From NCBI GenBank assembly GCA_035515475.1, contig DATJBF010000046.1, positions 917-64,916 of the forward strand: a stretch of DNA of 64,000 nt, in the 5' to 3' direction. The first letter of the stretch is position 1; each line of letters starts with the position of its first letter. Under the pieces are notes generated by a model. The model had not been told where the DNA came from. It saw nothing but the letters and a program-made list of their open reading frames with translations, and ran no database searches. The DNA comes from Verrucomicrobiia bacterium. Its GTDB lineage: Bacteria; Verrucomicrobiota; Verrucomicrobiia; Palsa-1439. Below are positions 1-10,019 of this stretch, piece by piece. The translations under genes were made by a program, and so were the position numbers.

Positions 1-1051
1 CGGAGACCGCTGATGGTCGGCATCCGCGGGTCGTCCCAGCCGTGGACGATGCCATCCTTGACGAGTTGCATGAGCTTGCGTTTGCTCATGATGGTGTAGC
101 CAACGCTGAGCCGGGCGAACTCGAACTGGTGCGGCAACGGACGCGGCAGGTCGAGGTTCTCCAGAATCCAGTCGTAGAGCGGCCGGTGGACCTCGAACTC
201 CAGCGTGCAGATGCTGTGGGTGATGCCCTCGATGTAATCGCTCAGGCAATGGGCGAAATCGTACATCGGATAAATGCACCATTTGTTGCCGGTATGATGA
301 TGTTCCGAGTGGCGAATACGGTACAACACCGGGTCGCGCATCCAGATGTTGGGCGACGCCATGTCGATCTTCGCTTTCAGCGTCCGCGCCCCGTCGGGGA
401 ACTCGCCGTTCTTCATGCGCACGAACAGGTCGAGGCTCTCCTTGACAGTGCGGTTGCGGAACGGGCTTTCCTTGCCGGGTTTGTCCGGGGCGCCGCGATA
501 GGCATCCGTGTCCTCGGGCGAGAGATCGCACACGTACGCCTTGCCTTTTTGGATCAACTCGATGGCATATGCGTAAATCTGGTCGAAGTAGTCGCTGGCA
601 TAAAATGCTTCGAGAAGCGTGGGACGGGCGTCTCGGCTGTCCATGTTCTCGGATGCGGACGGGCGAGACGCCCGTCCCACGGTCGCCGGCAGATAGAAAT
701 CCGGTTTCCCGTTGCTGGTGATTGTCTCCGGCGTTTTGCCTTTCGGCTTCAGGCCGAGGCAGTGGTCGGCCCAGCCGGCGATCAGCCAGTTCACGTCCTC
801 GGTGATCGAGTCCACGTACTCGACGTCTTCCTTGGTCGGGTTGGTGTCGTCCATGCGCAGGTTGCATTGACCATTGAACTCGCGGGCAATGCCGAAATTC
901 AGGCAGATCGATTTGGCGTGGCCGATGTGGAGATATCCGTTCGGCTCCGGCGGGAAGCGCGTAACGATCTTCTTGTGTTTGCCGGATTCGAAGTCGGCCT
1001 TGACGATGTCGCGAATGAAATCCGACGGCTGAACTGTGGGCTCGTTTGACA
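1..1051 (-). CDS. glnS: Glutaminyl-tRNA synthetase, N-terminal about 350 aa; gene continues past window start
   Basis: Minus-strand translation starting at 1051 gives [54 protein letters not shown]...IMSKRKL. The class I HIGH and MSK motifs are present and collinear with E. coli GlnRS. The plus-strand ORF 42..1049 is its antisense shadow. Confidence 0.9.
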
Positions 1052-1245
1052 TATCAAGCATAGGAAAGTGGATTTTCGGCGTTTTGTCCATAGCGGCTGT
1101 TGGTAAGGAGCGACCCCGCCTGGACCGGGGCGATTTGCGACTGCACCGGACGGACGGCCCGGCGGTCCGTCCCTACCGAAGACACAGCGAGCGTCAGAAC
1201 GCTCTCGCGCTCCGACGCTCCACGCCCCAACGCTCTGGCGGGTAG

Positions 1246-1566
1246 TTACGCCGTCGTCAATTCGTTGACGAGCTTCTCGCGAGACGATTGATCGGCGTAC
1301 CGGTTGGGATCGGCCAGTCCCGAGTCGATCCGATGTTTGCGGGTAGCGTAGTTGCCGCGTTCGTCCGTCAGAATCTGCCACGGATCGGCAGCATCCTGTT
1401 TCGCGGCAGCGATCTTCTCGTTCAATTCCGCGTTGATCATGCTGGCGTGCGAGCCGAACTCGCTGGGGAAAACCGGCGCCTTGCCTTTGCCCTCTTTCTT
1501 TTCTTCTTTCGCTTTGGGTCGGGCGTGGGTGACGCCTGCTTTGGGTGCTGCGGTCGATGTCGCCAT
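1246..1566 (-). CDS. Small hypothetical protein (106 aa), Lys/Glu-rich N-terminus
   Basis: Intact ORF with host-like codon usage, between glnS and nrdJ in the same orientation. No recognisable domain. Confidence 0.45.
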   Translation of the reverse strand: MATSTAAPKAGVTHARPKAKEEKKEGKGKAPVFPSEFGSHASMINAELNEKIAAAKQDAADPWQILTDERGNYATRKHRIDSGLADPNRYADQSSREKLVNELTTA

Positions 1567-1844
1567 AAGTCAAACTCCTGTTGAGAGCGGTGACTGTAGT
1601 CGGCACGCAGGACGGCGTCAAGCCTTGTAGCCGCGAATTTCGCCCCGAAGTTTTCGGGGGCGAGGTCGCGGAGAAAAGAATGGTGGCCTCGAGCGCATTC
1701 GAACGCCAACGCCACACTTGGCAGTACTGTAGTTGCGGCGAGAGCCGCGGACGAAACCGAAGCTCACGCTTCGGCCACAGATAACCCCGGCCGCACCCGC
1801 GGCGCCTTCCGAACGGATGGACAGGCGAGACGCCAATTCTACTG

Positions 1845-1875
1845 AAACAAAAAGCCCTGAGTTTCCTCAGGGCTT
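1845..1875 (-). terminator. Rho-independent terminator downstream of nrdJ
   Basis: On the minus strand GCCCTGAG-GAAA-CTCAGGGC forms an 8-bp GC-rich stem, followed by TTTTTGTTT, about 30 nt after the nrdJ stop codon (1906). Confidence 0.65.
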
Positions 1876-1905
1876 CCTGCACGGCGGGGTGCTCGCCGGG
1901 AAGGG

Positions 1906-4900
1906 CTAGGAGCATCCCATGGAATTGCCACAGTTGAGGCACTTGTAGCAGGAACCGTTGCGGACCGTGATGGCGCCGCAAACGTCGCATGTGGGTGCGT
2001 CCTGCATGAAGTGCTCGAGCGTCTTGCTGAGCTGTTGCACCGGGGTCACGGCCCCGCTGCGCGGAACGGGACGCGCCGGGACCTCGCCCGTCTGCGCCAG
2101 TTCCTGCACCGGCCGATTCACCGCCTGTTTTTCCTGTTCGGCGACTTCCTTGAGCGGCAGTTCGCTCTGGCCGGCGTTGGGCGCGTTGGATTCTCGGTAG
2201 CCAGGAATGAACTGGCAGCCGAGCCAGCGGAACAGGTAATCGCAGATCGATTTGGCCATCGGGACGTCGGGGTTCTTCGTGAACCCGCTCGGCTCGAAGC
2301 GTTGGTGGGCGAATTTGTTGACCAGCGTCTCCAGCGGGACGCCATACTGAAACGCGAGACTGACGAGTGTGCCGATGGTGTCCATCAACCCGCCGATGGT
2401 CGAACCTTCCTTGGCCATGGTGATGAACAGTTCGCCCGGCGACCCGTCCTCGTACAGACCGACGGTGATGTAGCCTTCGTGGCCCGCAATATCGAACTTG
2501 TGCGTGATGGCCTGCCGCGTGTCGGGCAATCGATGGCGCACCGGTGTCCGGGCCTTGGCCCGAAACGACTTGATCTCCCCTTCGAGTTCGCGAATGCGAT
2601 TCTTGAGATCGTCGATCTCTTTGCGGGCGGTTTCAATTTCGGCTTTGCCCGACGCGCCTGATGTTTTCGACGTGCTGAGCGGCTGGCTGCGTTTCGAGCC
2701 GTCGCGATAAATGGCCACGGCTTTCAGGCCGAGCCGCCAGCCTTCAAGATAGCTCTGCATGATGTCGTCGACGGTGGATTCCTGCGGCATGTTGACCGTC
2801 TTGGAAATCGCGCCGCTCAGGAACGGCTGGGCCGCCGCCATCATCTTCAGGTGCGCCATGTGATGGATGCTGCGTTTGCCCCTGGCAGGCTTGAACGCGC
2901 AGTCGAACACCGCCAGATGTTTCTCCTGCAAATGCGGCGCGCCCTCGATGGTATCGTGCTCGTCGATGAACTTCACGACATCGGCGATTTGCTGCTCGCT
3001 GTAACCGAGCCTTTTCAGCGCCATCGGCACTGTGCGATTGACGATCTTCAGCGTGCCGCCGCCCGCCAGCAGCTTGTATTTGACGAGCGCGATGTCGGGC
3101 TCGACGCCCGTCGTATCGCAATCCATCATGAACGCGATCGTGCCCGTCGGCGCCAGCACGGTGACCTGCGAGTTGCGATAGCCGAACCGTCGACCCAACT
3201 CGACCGCTTCATCACCGCACCGCTGCGCCGCTCCCCGCAGGGAATCGGGGCAACTGGGGTGAATCCGTTTCACGGCGTCGCGGTGCATCTCCAGCACCTG
3301 CAGCATCGGCTCGCGATTCTGCGCGAAGCCGTCGAACGGACCGAGTTTCTCGGCAATGCGTGCCGACTGTGTGTACGCGTGCAGGTGGATGATCGCCGTG
3401 ATCGCACCGGCCAACGCCCGGCCTTCGTCGCTGTCGTAAGGCAGGCCCACCGCCATGATGAGCGAACCGAGATTGGCGTAACCGAGTCCGAGCGGGCGGA
3501 AGAGATGGCTGTTGAGCGCGATTTTCTCGGTTGGATAACTCGCGTTATCGACGATGATCTCTTGTGCCGTAATGAAAACCTCGACGGCCGCCTTGAATCG
3601 TTCCACGTCGAACGAGCCGTCCTCGCGCAGGAACTTCATGAGATTGAGCGAGGCGAGATTGCACGCGCTGTTGTCGAGGAACATGTATTCGCTGCACGGG
3701 TTGGAGGAATTGATGGGCCCGGTCGCCTTGCAGGTATGCCAGCGCTGGATCGTGTCCTCGTATTGCACGCCGGGATCGCCGCAGATCCACGTGCCCTCGG
3801 CGATGCCGCGCATCAGCTCCCGCGCTTTGTAGGTTGGCCCGGGTTGGTCCGGGTTGGTGACCCGGTGCGTCGTCCAATCCTTGTCGTCGAGCACCGCATG
3901 CATGAACTCGTCGGTCACGCGCACGCTGAGGTTTTCGTTCTGGAAACAAATCGAGCCGTACGCGTCGCCGTTGAAATCGCCGTCGTAGCCTTCCTCGATC
4001 AGTGCCCAGGCTTTCTTCTCCTCTCTTGCCTTGGCTTCGATGAACTCCTTGATGTCGGGATGCCACACCTTGAGCGTGTTCATCTTCGCCGCGCGCCGCG
4101 TCTTGCCGCCCGATTTCACGACGCTGGCGATCGCGTCATAGACTTTCAGGAACGACAGCGGACCGCTGGGGCGACCGCCGCCCGAGAGCTTTTCCCGTTC
4201 GCTGCGCAACGACGACAGATCCGTGCCCGTGCCGCTGCCGTACTTGAACAGCATCGCTTCGCTGCGGGCCAGTTCCATGATGTCTTCCATCGTGTCGCCG
4301 ACGGATTGAATGAAGCAGGCCGAGCATTGAGGATACTCGTATTGCGACGGCGCGCGTTTCACCGTCTGGCTGGCGCGGTCGAAATAGAAATTGCCCGTGC
4401 TGCCGTGTCGGCCCACTCCGTACTCGTGGTACAGACCGCAGTTGAACCACACGGGTGAGTTGAAGGAACCGTATTGATTGAGACACAGCCAGGTCAACTC
4501 GTCATAAAAGGTCTCGGCGTCCTTGTCGCTGGCAAAATAGCCGTCCCGCCGGCCCCAATCGGCAATCGTGCGGGTAACGCGGTGAATGAGTTGACGTGCG
4601 CTGCTCTCGCGTTGGGCGGTCCCGTTCTCGCCATAGAAATACTTCGACACCACGACCTTGGTGGCGAGAACGGACCAGGCCTTCGGGACCTCGACGTTCT
4701 CCTGTTTGAAAATTACATTGCCAGCGTCGTCGGTTATTTCGGCGGTGCGCCGGTCCCATTCGATTTCGTCGAACGGGTTTCCGTCGCGACGACTGAACAC
4801 ACGGGCAACAGTCAGGCCACGCTGCTTCGATTCTGCGCCCTGGGCACTCCGCTCGGTCGGTCCGCCACGCCGGGCACGTTTGGCGGGCTCGGCAGGTCCT

Positions 4901-5049
4901 GCCGAATCGGCGTCAGAAGCCTTGCGGGCCGATTTCGCCTTGCCGGCGGTGAGTTCCCCCGCTCCTTGCTTCAAATTGATCATCCTACCCCTCCTCAAAG
5001 CCACAAAATTGTAGGTCCGCGGTGGTTCAACGTCTGGGTTGGATACCAC
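1906..5049 (-). CDS. nrdJ: Class II (adenosylcobalamin-dependent) ribonucleotide reductase
   Basis: 1047-aa ORF with the RNR catalytic core (GLGYANLGSLIMAVGLPYDS, SNPCSEYMFLDNSACNLASLNL). The C-terminal CYKCLNCGNSMGCS zinc-ribbon/thiol tail is typical of NrdJ. Confidence 0.92.
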   Translation of the reverse strand: MVSNPDVEPPRTYNFVALRRGRMINLKQGAGELTAGKAKSARKASDADSAGPAEPAKRARRGGPTERSAQGAESKQRGLTVARVFSRRDGNPFDEIEWDRRTAEITDDAGNVIFKQENVEVPKAWSVLATKVVVSKYFYGENGTAQRESSARQLIHRVTRTIADWGRRDGYFASDKDAETFYDELTWLCLNQYGSFNSPVWFNCGLYHEYGVGRHGSTGNFYFDRASQTVKRAPSQYEYPQCSACFIQSVGDTMEDIMELARSEAMLFKYGSGTGTDLSSLRSEREKLSGGGRPSGPLSFLKVYDAIASVVKSGGKTRRAAKMNTLKVWHPDIKEFIEAKAREEKKAWALIEEGYDGDFNGDAYGSICFQNENLSVRVTDEFMHAVLDDKDWTTHRVTNPDQPGPTYKARELMRGIAEGTWICGDPGVQYEDTIQRWHTCKATGPINSSNPCSEYMFLDNSACNLASLNLMKFLREDGSFDVERFKAAVEVFITAQEIIVDNASYPTEKIALNSHLFRPLGLGYANLGSLIMAVGLPYDSDEGRALAGAITAIIHLHAYTQSARIAEKLGPFDGFAQNREPMLQVLEMHRDAVKRIHPSCPDSLRGAAQRCGDEAVELGRRFGYRNSQVTVLAPTGTIAFMMDCDTTGVEPDIALVKYKLLAGGGTLKIVNRTVPMALKRLGYSEQQIADVVKFIDEHDTIEGAPHLQEKHLAVFDCAFKPARGKRSIHHMAHLKMMAAAQPFLSGAISKTVNMPQESTVDDIMQSYLEGWRLGLKAVAIYRDGSKRSQPLSTSKTSGASGKAEIETARKEIDDLKNRIRELEGEIKSFRAKARTPVRHRLPDTRQAITHKFDIAGHEGYITVGLYEDGSPGELFITMAKEGSTIGGLMDTIGTLVSLAFQYGVPLETLVNKFAHQRFEPSGFTKNPDVPMAKSICDYLFRWLGCQFIPGYRESNAPNAGQSELPLKEVAEQEKQAVNRPVQELAQTGEVPARPVPRSGAVTPVQQLSKTLEHFMQDAPTCDVCGAITVRNGSCYKCLNCGNSMGCS

Positions 5050-5143
5050 CGCTAATAGTGAAGGCCCAACTATATGACGCTATATGTTGTATCTTCAAGT
5101 CAAAATTACACCCCGTCGCGTTTTTTTTCAAATGCCGAGAATT

Positions 5144-6562
5144 TTACTGGGCTGGAACGAACTTCCGTCGCTCGCGCTGACGACATTCCAAGACGATGGG
5201 ACAGCCTCTGAACCCCCAAGCGGCGCGGATTTTGTCGATGAGGAATCGCTGGTAGTGTGGCGTCAGACAACCCGCGTGGTTGACGAACAACCGGAACGTG
5301 GGTGGTTGGGAAGCCCGTTGAAGTGCGTAGTAAATCTTGAAGCGTTTGCCCCCGACAAACGGCGGCGGATACGAATCGAGCGCGCGCGCCAACAGTTTGT
5401 TCAGCTGCGGCGTTTCCACGCGGCGCATCAACTCGCGTTCGACCGCCGCAATGTGATCGAACAATTTGTCCAGGTTCTCACCCGTCCTGGCCGATGCGAA
5501 CAACACGGGCGCCCAGTCGAGAAAGAACAATTCGCGCTGCAGCGCCGCCGCGTACTCTTCGCGAAACGTCTTCCGGGCCGGCTTGTGCTGCTTCCTTCCG
5601 CGCTCTTCGCTCTTCGTCCTTTGTTCTTCCTCCGCCGCGAGATCCCATTTGTTGACGAGCACCACGCATCCCCGGCCGGCTTCGGCGATCTGCCCGGCAA
5701 TTTTCTTGTCCTGCTTCGTCACGCCGGCGCCGGCGTCCAGCACGAGCACGGCGATGTCGCACTCCCGAATGCTGCGTTCGGCGCGCATCAAACCGAACTG
5801 ATCAACCGACGTCTTGATCTTTCTCCGGTGCCGCAGTCCCGCCGTGTCGACCAGCAGATAGGGTTTCTCATTCAACGTGAACGGCACGTCGACGGAGTCA
5901 CGCGTGGTACCGGGAATGTCGCTGACAATGGTTCGTTCGCTTTGGAGAATCGCATTGATCAATGACGATTTGCCGACGTTGGGACGGCCGACAATCGCGA
6001 TCCGCGTCGGTCGGGCGGAATCCCGAGCCCCGCCCGTCGGAAACTCCTTCGTCGCCGCGTCCAGCAATTCGGCCACGCCGGTGCCGTGCGCCGCCGCGAT
6101 CGAGAACAGCTGGTGGAAACCGAGTTCGGCAAATTCCGCGGCCCCACGGGCTCGGCGGTCGTTGTCTGCTTTGTTGACTGCCAAAAAAATCGGTTTCCCG
6201 CTGGAGCGAAGTTTGCGCGCAATTTCGAGATCGAGCGGCACGACGCCTTCCGTCACGTCCACCACCATGACGATCACCGCGGCCGCCTCGATCGCGATGT
6301 CCGCTTGGCGCCGGGCCGCAGCGGCCAGGGCATTCCGCGTCTTCTCGTCGTCGAGAAAGGCGATGCCACCCGTATCCATGACCTCAAACCGCTTGTCCCG
6401 CCACGTCGCCGTGGTGCTGACGCGGTCGCGCGTCACACCGGGTTCTTCGTGGACGATGGCGATGCGGCGCCCCGCGATGCGGTTGAACAGCGTGCTCTTG
6501 CCGACGTTCGGGCGGCCGACGATGGCCAAGACGGCATTGGGGTGTTGAAGTGCTGGAGTCAT
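5144..6562 (-). CDS. der: Ribosome-associated GTPase Der/EngA (two tandem G domains)
   Basis: AIVGRPNVGKSTLFNRI and a second IAIVGRPNVGKSSLINAIL G-domain, with a KH-like C-terminus. Start chosen at MTPALQ (6562), inside the longer ORF. Confidence 0.9.
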   Translation of the reverse strand: MTPALQHPNAVLAIVGRPNVGKSTLFNRIAGRRIAIVHEEPGVTRDRVSTTATWRDKRFEVMDTGGIAFLDDEKTRNALAAAARRQADIAIEAAAVIVMVVDVTEGVVPLDLEIARKLRSSGKPIFLAVNKADNDRRARGAAEFAELGFHQLFSIAAAHGTGVAELLDAATKEFPTGGARDSARPTRIAIVGRPNVGKSSLINAILQSERTIVSDIPGTTRDSVDVPFTLNEKPYLLVDTAGLRHRRKIKTSVDQFGLMRAERSIRECDIAVLVLDAGAGVTKQDKKIAGQIAEAGRGCVVLVNKWDLAAEEEQRTKSEERGRKQHKPARKTFREEYAAALQRELFFLDWAPVLFASARTGENLDKLFDHIAAVERELMRRVETPQLNKLLARALDSYPPPFVGGKRFKIYYALQRASQPPTFRLFVNHAGCLTPHYQRFLIDKIRAAWGFRGCPIVLECRQRERRKFVPAQ

Positions 6563-6650
6563 GGAGTACTGGTTGCATTCGGTCTTATACACCCAAGACT
6601 CCAACACTCCAACACTCCAAATCCCCGCGTGGTTGTGCTAGCGTGACGCC

Positions 6651-7889
6651 GTGAACGCCCGTGACGTTGCTCTCGCCCTGCTCGACCGCTGGCAACGCAC
6701 GCGCCGGCTCGCCGATGAGTTGCTGGAAGAACAACTCAACCGGGAGAACCTTTCGTCGGCCGACCGCGCGTTGACGACCGAGTTGTTTTACGGTTGCCTG
6801 CGGCAGAAGCGCGCGCTGGAGTTCTTCATCGGACTGTACGCCGCGAAAACGCCACGCCCACTCGTGGCGAACATCCTCAAGCTCGGTCTCTACCAACTCG
6901 CGGTCATGCACACCCCGCCGCACGCGGCGGTGAACGAGGCCGTCGATCTGGCGACCCGCCGCGCGAGCGCCGCGGAGGCGAGGTTCGTCAACGCGGTGCT
7001 TCGCAAGGCCGCAGCAGCCGACCTTGGGGCGGCGCTGGAGAAAGCCGAGTCGTGGATTCGGGTGTCGCATCCACGCTGGTTGTGGGAACGGTGGCGGGAA
7101 CGTTGGGGGGAACGGGACGCGACCGGGTTGTGCGAGTGGAACAATCGACCGCCGCCGGTGTATCTCCGGGTGAACTCGCTGAAGACGACGACGAAACCCG
7201 GCGAGGTCGATGCCGAGCCGACGAGTCATCCGTTATGCTGGCGCGTGCTCGACCCGGCCGGGTTGTTCGCGACGCAGGCCTGGGCGAACGGCGAGTTCTA
7301 CGTGCAGGACCCGTCCACGTTGATCGCTGTGGACGTGCTCGATCCGCAGCCGGGCCAATCGGTGTTGGACCTGTGCGCGGCCCCGGGCGGCAAGACGACG
7401 TACATCGCCCAGAAGATGCAGAACCGCGGGAAGATTATCGCTTCGGATTCTTCCCGGGCGCGGCTCGGGCTGGTGACGGAAAATTGTGAGCGGCTCGGCG
7501 TCGCAATCGTGACGACGTTCGTGGGCGACGGGACGCGCCTCGACCGCTGTCTGCGGGACGAACGGTTTGACCGCGTGCTGGTGGACGCGCCGTGTTCCAA
7601 CACGGGCGTGATGCGGCGTCGCCCCGATTTACGATGGCGGATCGAGGAGAAAGAGATCACGCGGCTGGCCAGGCTTCAATTGAAGCTGCTCGAACGGGCG
7701 GCGGAGTTTGCCAGGCCGGGCGGGGTGCTGGCGTACAGCACGTGCAGTCTGGAACCGGAAGAGAACGAACGCGTCGTCGAGCAATTCCTCGGTAGCCACG
7801 CCGAAGTCCGGCTCGAAACGACGCGTTCGTTGTTTCCGCCGCGCGACGGGTGCGATGGCGCATTCGTCGCGCGGCTCGTCAAACATTAG
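6651..7889 (+). CDS. rsmB: 16S rRNA m5C methyltransferase, RsmB/Sun (NOL1/NOP2) family
   Basis: NusB-like N-terminus, then SAM motif DLCAAPGGKT and catalytic-Cys motifs DAPCSNTGV and YSTCSLEPEENE. Confidence 0.8.
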   Translation: MNARDVALALLDRWQRTRRLADELLEEQLNRENLSSADRALTTELFYGCLRQKRALEFFIGLYAAKTPRPLVANILKLGLYQLAVMHTPPHAAVNEAVDLATRRASAAEARFVNAVLRKAAAADLGAALEKAESWIRVSHPRWLWERWRERWGERDATGLCEWNNRPPPVYLRVNSLKTTTKPGEVDAEPTSHPLCWRVLDPAGLFATQAWANGEFYVQDPSTLIAVDVLDPQPGQSVLDLCAAPGGKTTYIAQKMQNRGKIIASDSSRARLGLVTENCERLGVAIVTTFVGDGTRLDRCLRDERFDRVLVDAPCSNTGVMRRRPDLRWRIEEKEITRLARLQLKLLERAAEFARPGGVLAYSTCSLEPEENERVVEQFLGSHAEVRLETTRSLFPPRDGCDGAFVARLVKH

Positions 7890-8413
7890 TCTCCGGAGGG
7901 CGTGTCGGTGTTGCCCGGTCCGCCGGACGGAGGCGGTGGACCCCAGCGGTGACCGAACCGCTCGCGGGCATTGTCCAGGGTCTTCTTCTGGGCGTCCGTC
8001 AACAGCGCACGCACTTTGTCCATGGAGGCCCGGCGCAGATCGAGGAGCGGTTTTTCGTACGGCATCAGTTGCGCACGCAGCTCCCGCATCTTTTCCCGGT
8101 CTCTGGCTTCACGCGCAGCCTTTATTTCGTCGCGCAGCTTGGTGATGGTCGGGTTGGTCTTCTGATCGGCAAGGATCTTGTCGCGTTGCTGGGCGAAGTC
8201 GGCCGCGATGGCGTCGACGTTCGTCTTCTGATCAGCGGTGAGGGCTAGGTCAGCCATCAGTCTGGGAGGGATCAACGGCATCTCGAAGCGTGGCCCGCCG
8301 GGGCCACCCGGGCCACCGGGGCCGTACGCGGGGCGGTTGGTTTCGTCGGCGGCTCGCGCGGCGTCGGCTGCTAGCAGCGCGACGACGGCGAGAGCGATGG
8401 TGAGTCGTTTCAT
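7886..8413 (-). CDS. Periplasmic Spy/CpxP-family (LTxxQ motif) protein with signal peptide
   Basis: Signal peptide MKRLTIALAVVALLAADAARA. LTADQKTNV and LTDAQKKTL LTxxQ repeats in a helical, charged protein. Confidence 0.65.
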   Translation of the reverse strand: MKRLTIALAVVALLAADAARAADETNRPAYGPGGPGGPGGPRFEMPLIPPRLMADLALTADQKTNVDAIAADFAQQRDKILADQKTNPTITKLRDEIKAAREARDREKMRELRAQLMPYEKPLLDLRRASMDKVRALLTDAQKKTLDNARERFGHRWGPPPPSGGPGNTDTPSGD

Positions 8414-8438
8414 GTGTGCTTCTCTCCTTGGGTTTGGG

Positions 8439-8945
8439 TTACTCTGTCGATTCAGTCGTCGGCGCCGGGGGCGGCGGCGGTGGCGGCGTCGGCTTGGCTT
8501 GCGAACGGAACAGGAACGGCGGCGGGGGCTCGTTCGGATGCTCCTGGCGCCATTTCTCTTCGAATTCTTTGCGTCGCTGGCGGAATTGTTCGCGGGCCTG
8601 TTGGCGTTCCTCGGGCGTCATTTTCTGCCAGCGTTCGATGTTCCTCCGGATCCGATCGCGGTCTTCGGCCGACATGTTGAGGAAGCGCTCGATGCGATCG
8701 TGAAGGAATTTTCGTTCTTCGGGAGGCATTTGGCTGAGCGCGCGATGGAGGCGCATGATGCGCGCCTTGGATTCGAGCGGGAGTTTGTTCCACGCATCGT
8801 TGAGTTGTTGCTCTGTCTGGGCGCGCTGTTCCTCGGTCAGCGACGGCGGGTTGCTCTTCGTATTGACCTGGTTCGTCGGTCCCTGGCCGAGGGCGAGCGT
8901 GGCCGTAGCCAGCATCGCGATCAGTGGGAACAGGATTCGCTTCAT
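8439..8945 (-). CDS. DUF3106-like secreted protein (ECF-sigma accessory)
   Basis: Signal peptide, then repeated ...PEER/QQARE helical motifs typical of DUF3106. Overlaps the anti-sigma gene stop by 4 nt. Confidence 0.55.
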   Translation of the reverse strand: MKRILFPLIAMLATATLALGQGPTNQVNTKSNPPSLTEEQRAQTEQQLNDAWNKLPLESKARIMRLHRALSQMPPEERKFLHDRIERFLNMSAEDRDRIRRNIERWQKMTPEERQQAREQFRQRRKEFEEKWRQEHPNEPPPPFLFRSQAKPTPPPPPPPAPTTESTE

Positions 8946-9379
8946 AATTTGTTGCCCTCTTTCAGCTGATCGAGGTTCGCGATTACATCAAAGTCCTCCA
9001 GATACTCCGCCTGCCGCACGCTCGCATAAATTTCCACGCGGCGTTGCTCGAGCACCCGTTCGCGTCCGATCCACGCGCCCACGGCGAGCGCGATGACGGC
9101 CGTCGCCAGCGCCGCCCAGCGGAATGCCGGCTGCCAGAACCGGGTCCGAACGGCTGTGGGCGGTTCGTCCAATCGCCGCAACGTGCGCTCGACGAATCCG
9201 AACGACGGTTCGATGCCGGTGTGACGTTCCATCACTTCCCACGCGCCCGCGTACGCCTCCCACTCGCGACGGCAATCGGCGCAGGTGGCGACATGTTCGT
9301 CGAACGCCGCCTGTTGCGGGTCGCTCAATCGTCCGTCGAGCCGTTCATCGAATTGGCCTTTGATGGTTTGGCAACTCAT
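8942..9379 (-). CDS. Anti-sigma factor (zinc-finger type, one transmembrane helix)
   Basis: N-terminal H..C..C motif (HVATCADCRREW), a central hydrophobic helix (AALATAVIALAVGAWI), and position directly downstream of the ECF sigma gene. Confidence 0.65.
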   Translation of the reverse strand: MSCQTIKGQFDERLDGRLSDPQQAAFDEHVATCADCRREWEAYAGAWEVMERHTGIEPSFGFVERTLRRLDEPPTAVRTRFWQPAFRWAALATAVIALAVGAWIGRERVLEQRRVEIYASVRQAEYLEDFDVIANLDQLKEGNKL

Positions 9380-9431
9380 CTCGATTCCCTCTGCATTCGT
9401 TCAAACACCGCAGCCGATGGATCGTTTCGCG

Positions 9432-10019
9432 TCAGTAGTAGCCACGCAATTTCTCCTTCAGCGTCAGGCGGGCCCGATGCAACAGCGACTTGGTGGCCGA
9501 CACCGAACAACCCAGCACCTGCGCGATCTCCTCGTAGGAAAGCCCTTCGTAGCGGCAGAGGATCACAGCCGTCCGTTGCGCCTCGGGCAACTGTTGGACC
9601 GTTTCCATGATTTTTTCCTGCAATTCGCGTTCGGCCACTTCCTGCGCGGGGTTGGGCGTGGTGGTATCCGGCGCTTGCCAGCCGCTTCCGTCCGCCGCCT
9701 CGCGCGGGCTTTGCAGCGCATCCAACGACACGGCGGCGTGCCGGGCCCGTCGACGATGTTCGTTGAGAATCGTGTTGCGCGTGATCGTAAACAGCCACGT
9801 CGTAAATTTCGCGGTGGGCTGGTAGCGTTTGGCCGAGCGATACACCTGCAGGAACACGCGCTGGGCGAGGTCTTCCGCCTCCCACGCATCGCCGATGGCG
9901 CGCTGGATCGTGTTGATCACCGCGCGCTGATGGCGTTCGATCAATTCGCGGAACGCATCCGTGTCGCCGTCACGCACGCGCGCCATGAGCGCGACATCGG
10001 ATTCGCTCGAGGTCATAGG
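9432..10019 (-). CDS. ECF (sigma-70 family) RNA polymerase sigma factor
   Basis: Region 2 (FRELIERHQRAVINTIQRAIGDAWEAEDLAQRVFLQVY) and region 4 (VILCRYEGLSYEEIAQVLGCSVSATKSLLHRAR). Start taken at MTSSES. Confidence 0.85.
   Translation of the reverse strand, partial: PMTSSESDVALMARVRDGDTDAFRELIERHQRAVINTIQRAIGDAWEAEDLAQRVFLQVYRSAKRYQPTAKFTTWLFTITRNTILNEHRRRARHAAVSLDALQSPREAADGSGWQAPDTTTPNPAQEVAERELQEKIMETVQQLPEAQRTAVILCRYEGLSYEEIAQVLGCSVSATKSLLHRARLTLKEKLRGYY

Noticed and set aside
42-1049. 335-aa plus-strand ORF
   Set aside because: Antisense shadow of glnS. The minus-strand frame carries the HIGH and MSK motifs.
1634-1660. CGCCCCGAA-GTTT-TCGGGGGCG hairpin in the leader of the small gene 1246..1566
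   Set aside because: Single occurrence with no conserved partner or U-tract. Could be incidental GC-rich secondary structure.
899-1990. 363-aa minus-strand ORF spanning glnS start, small gene and nrdJ end
   Set aside because: Arg/Pro-rich nonsense typical of a high-GC off-frame. Crosses a terminator and two real genes.
2851-4458. 535-aa plus-strand ORF
   Set aside because: Antisense to nrdJ. No domain. High-GC artefact.
5050-5143. Looked for a cobalamin riboswitch upstream of nrdJ
   Set aside because: The 94-nt leader is too short and lacks the B12-box. NrdJ itself uses B12, so such regulation is not expected.
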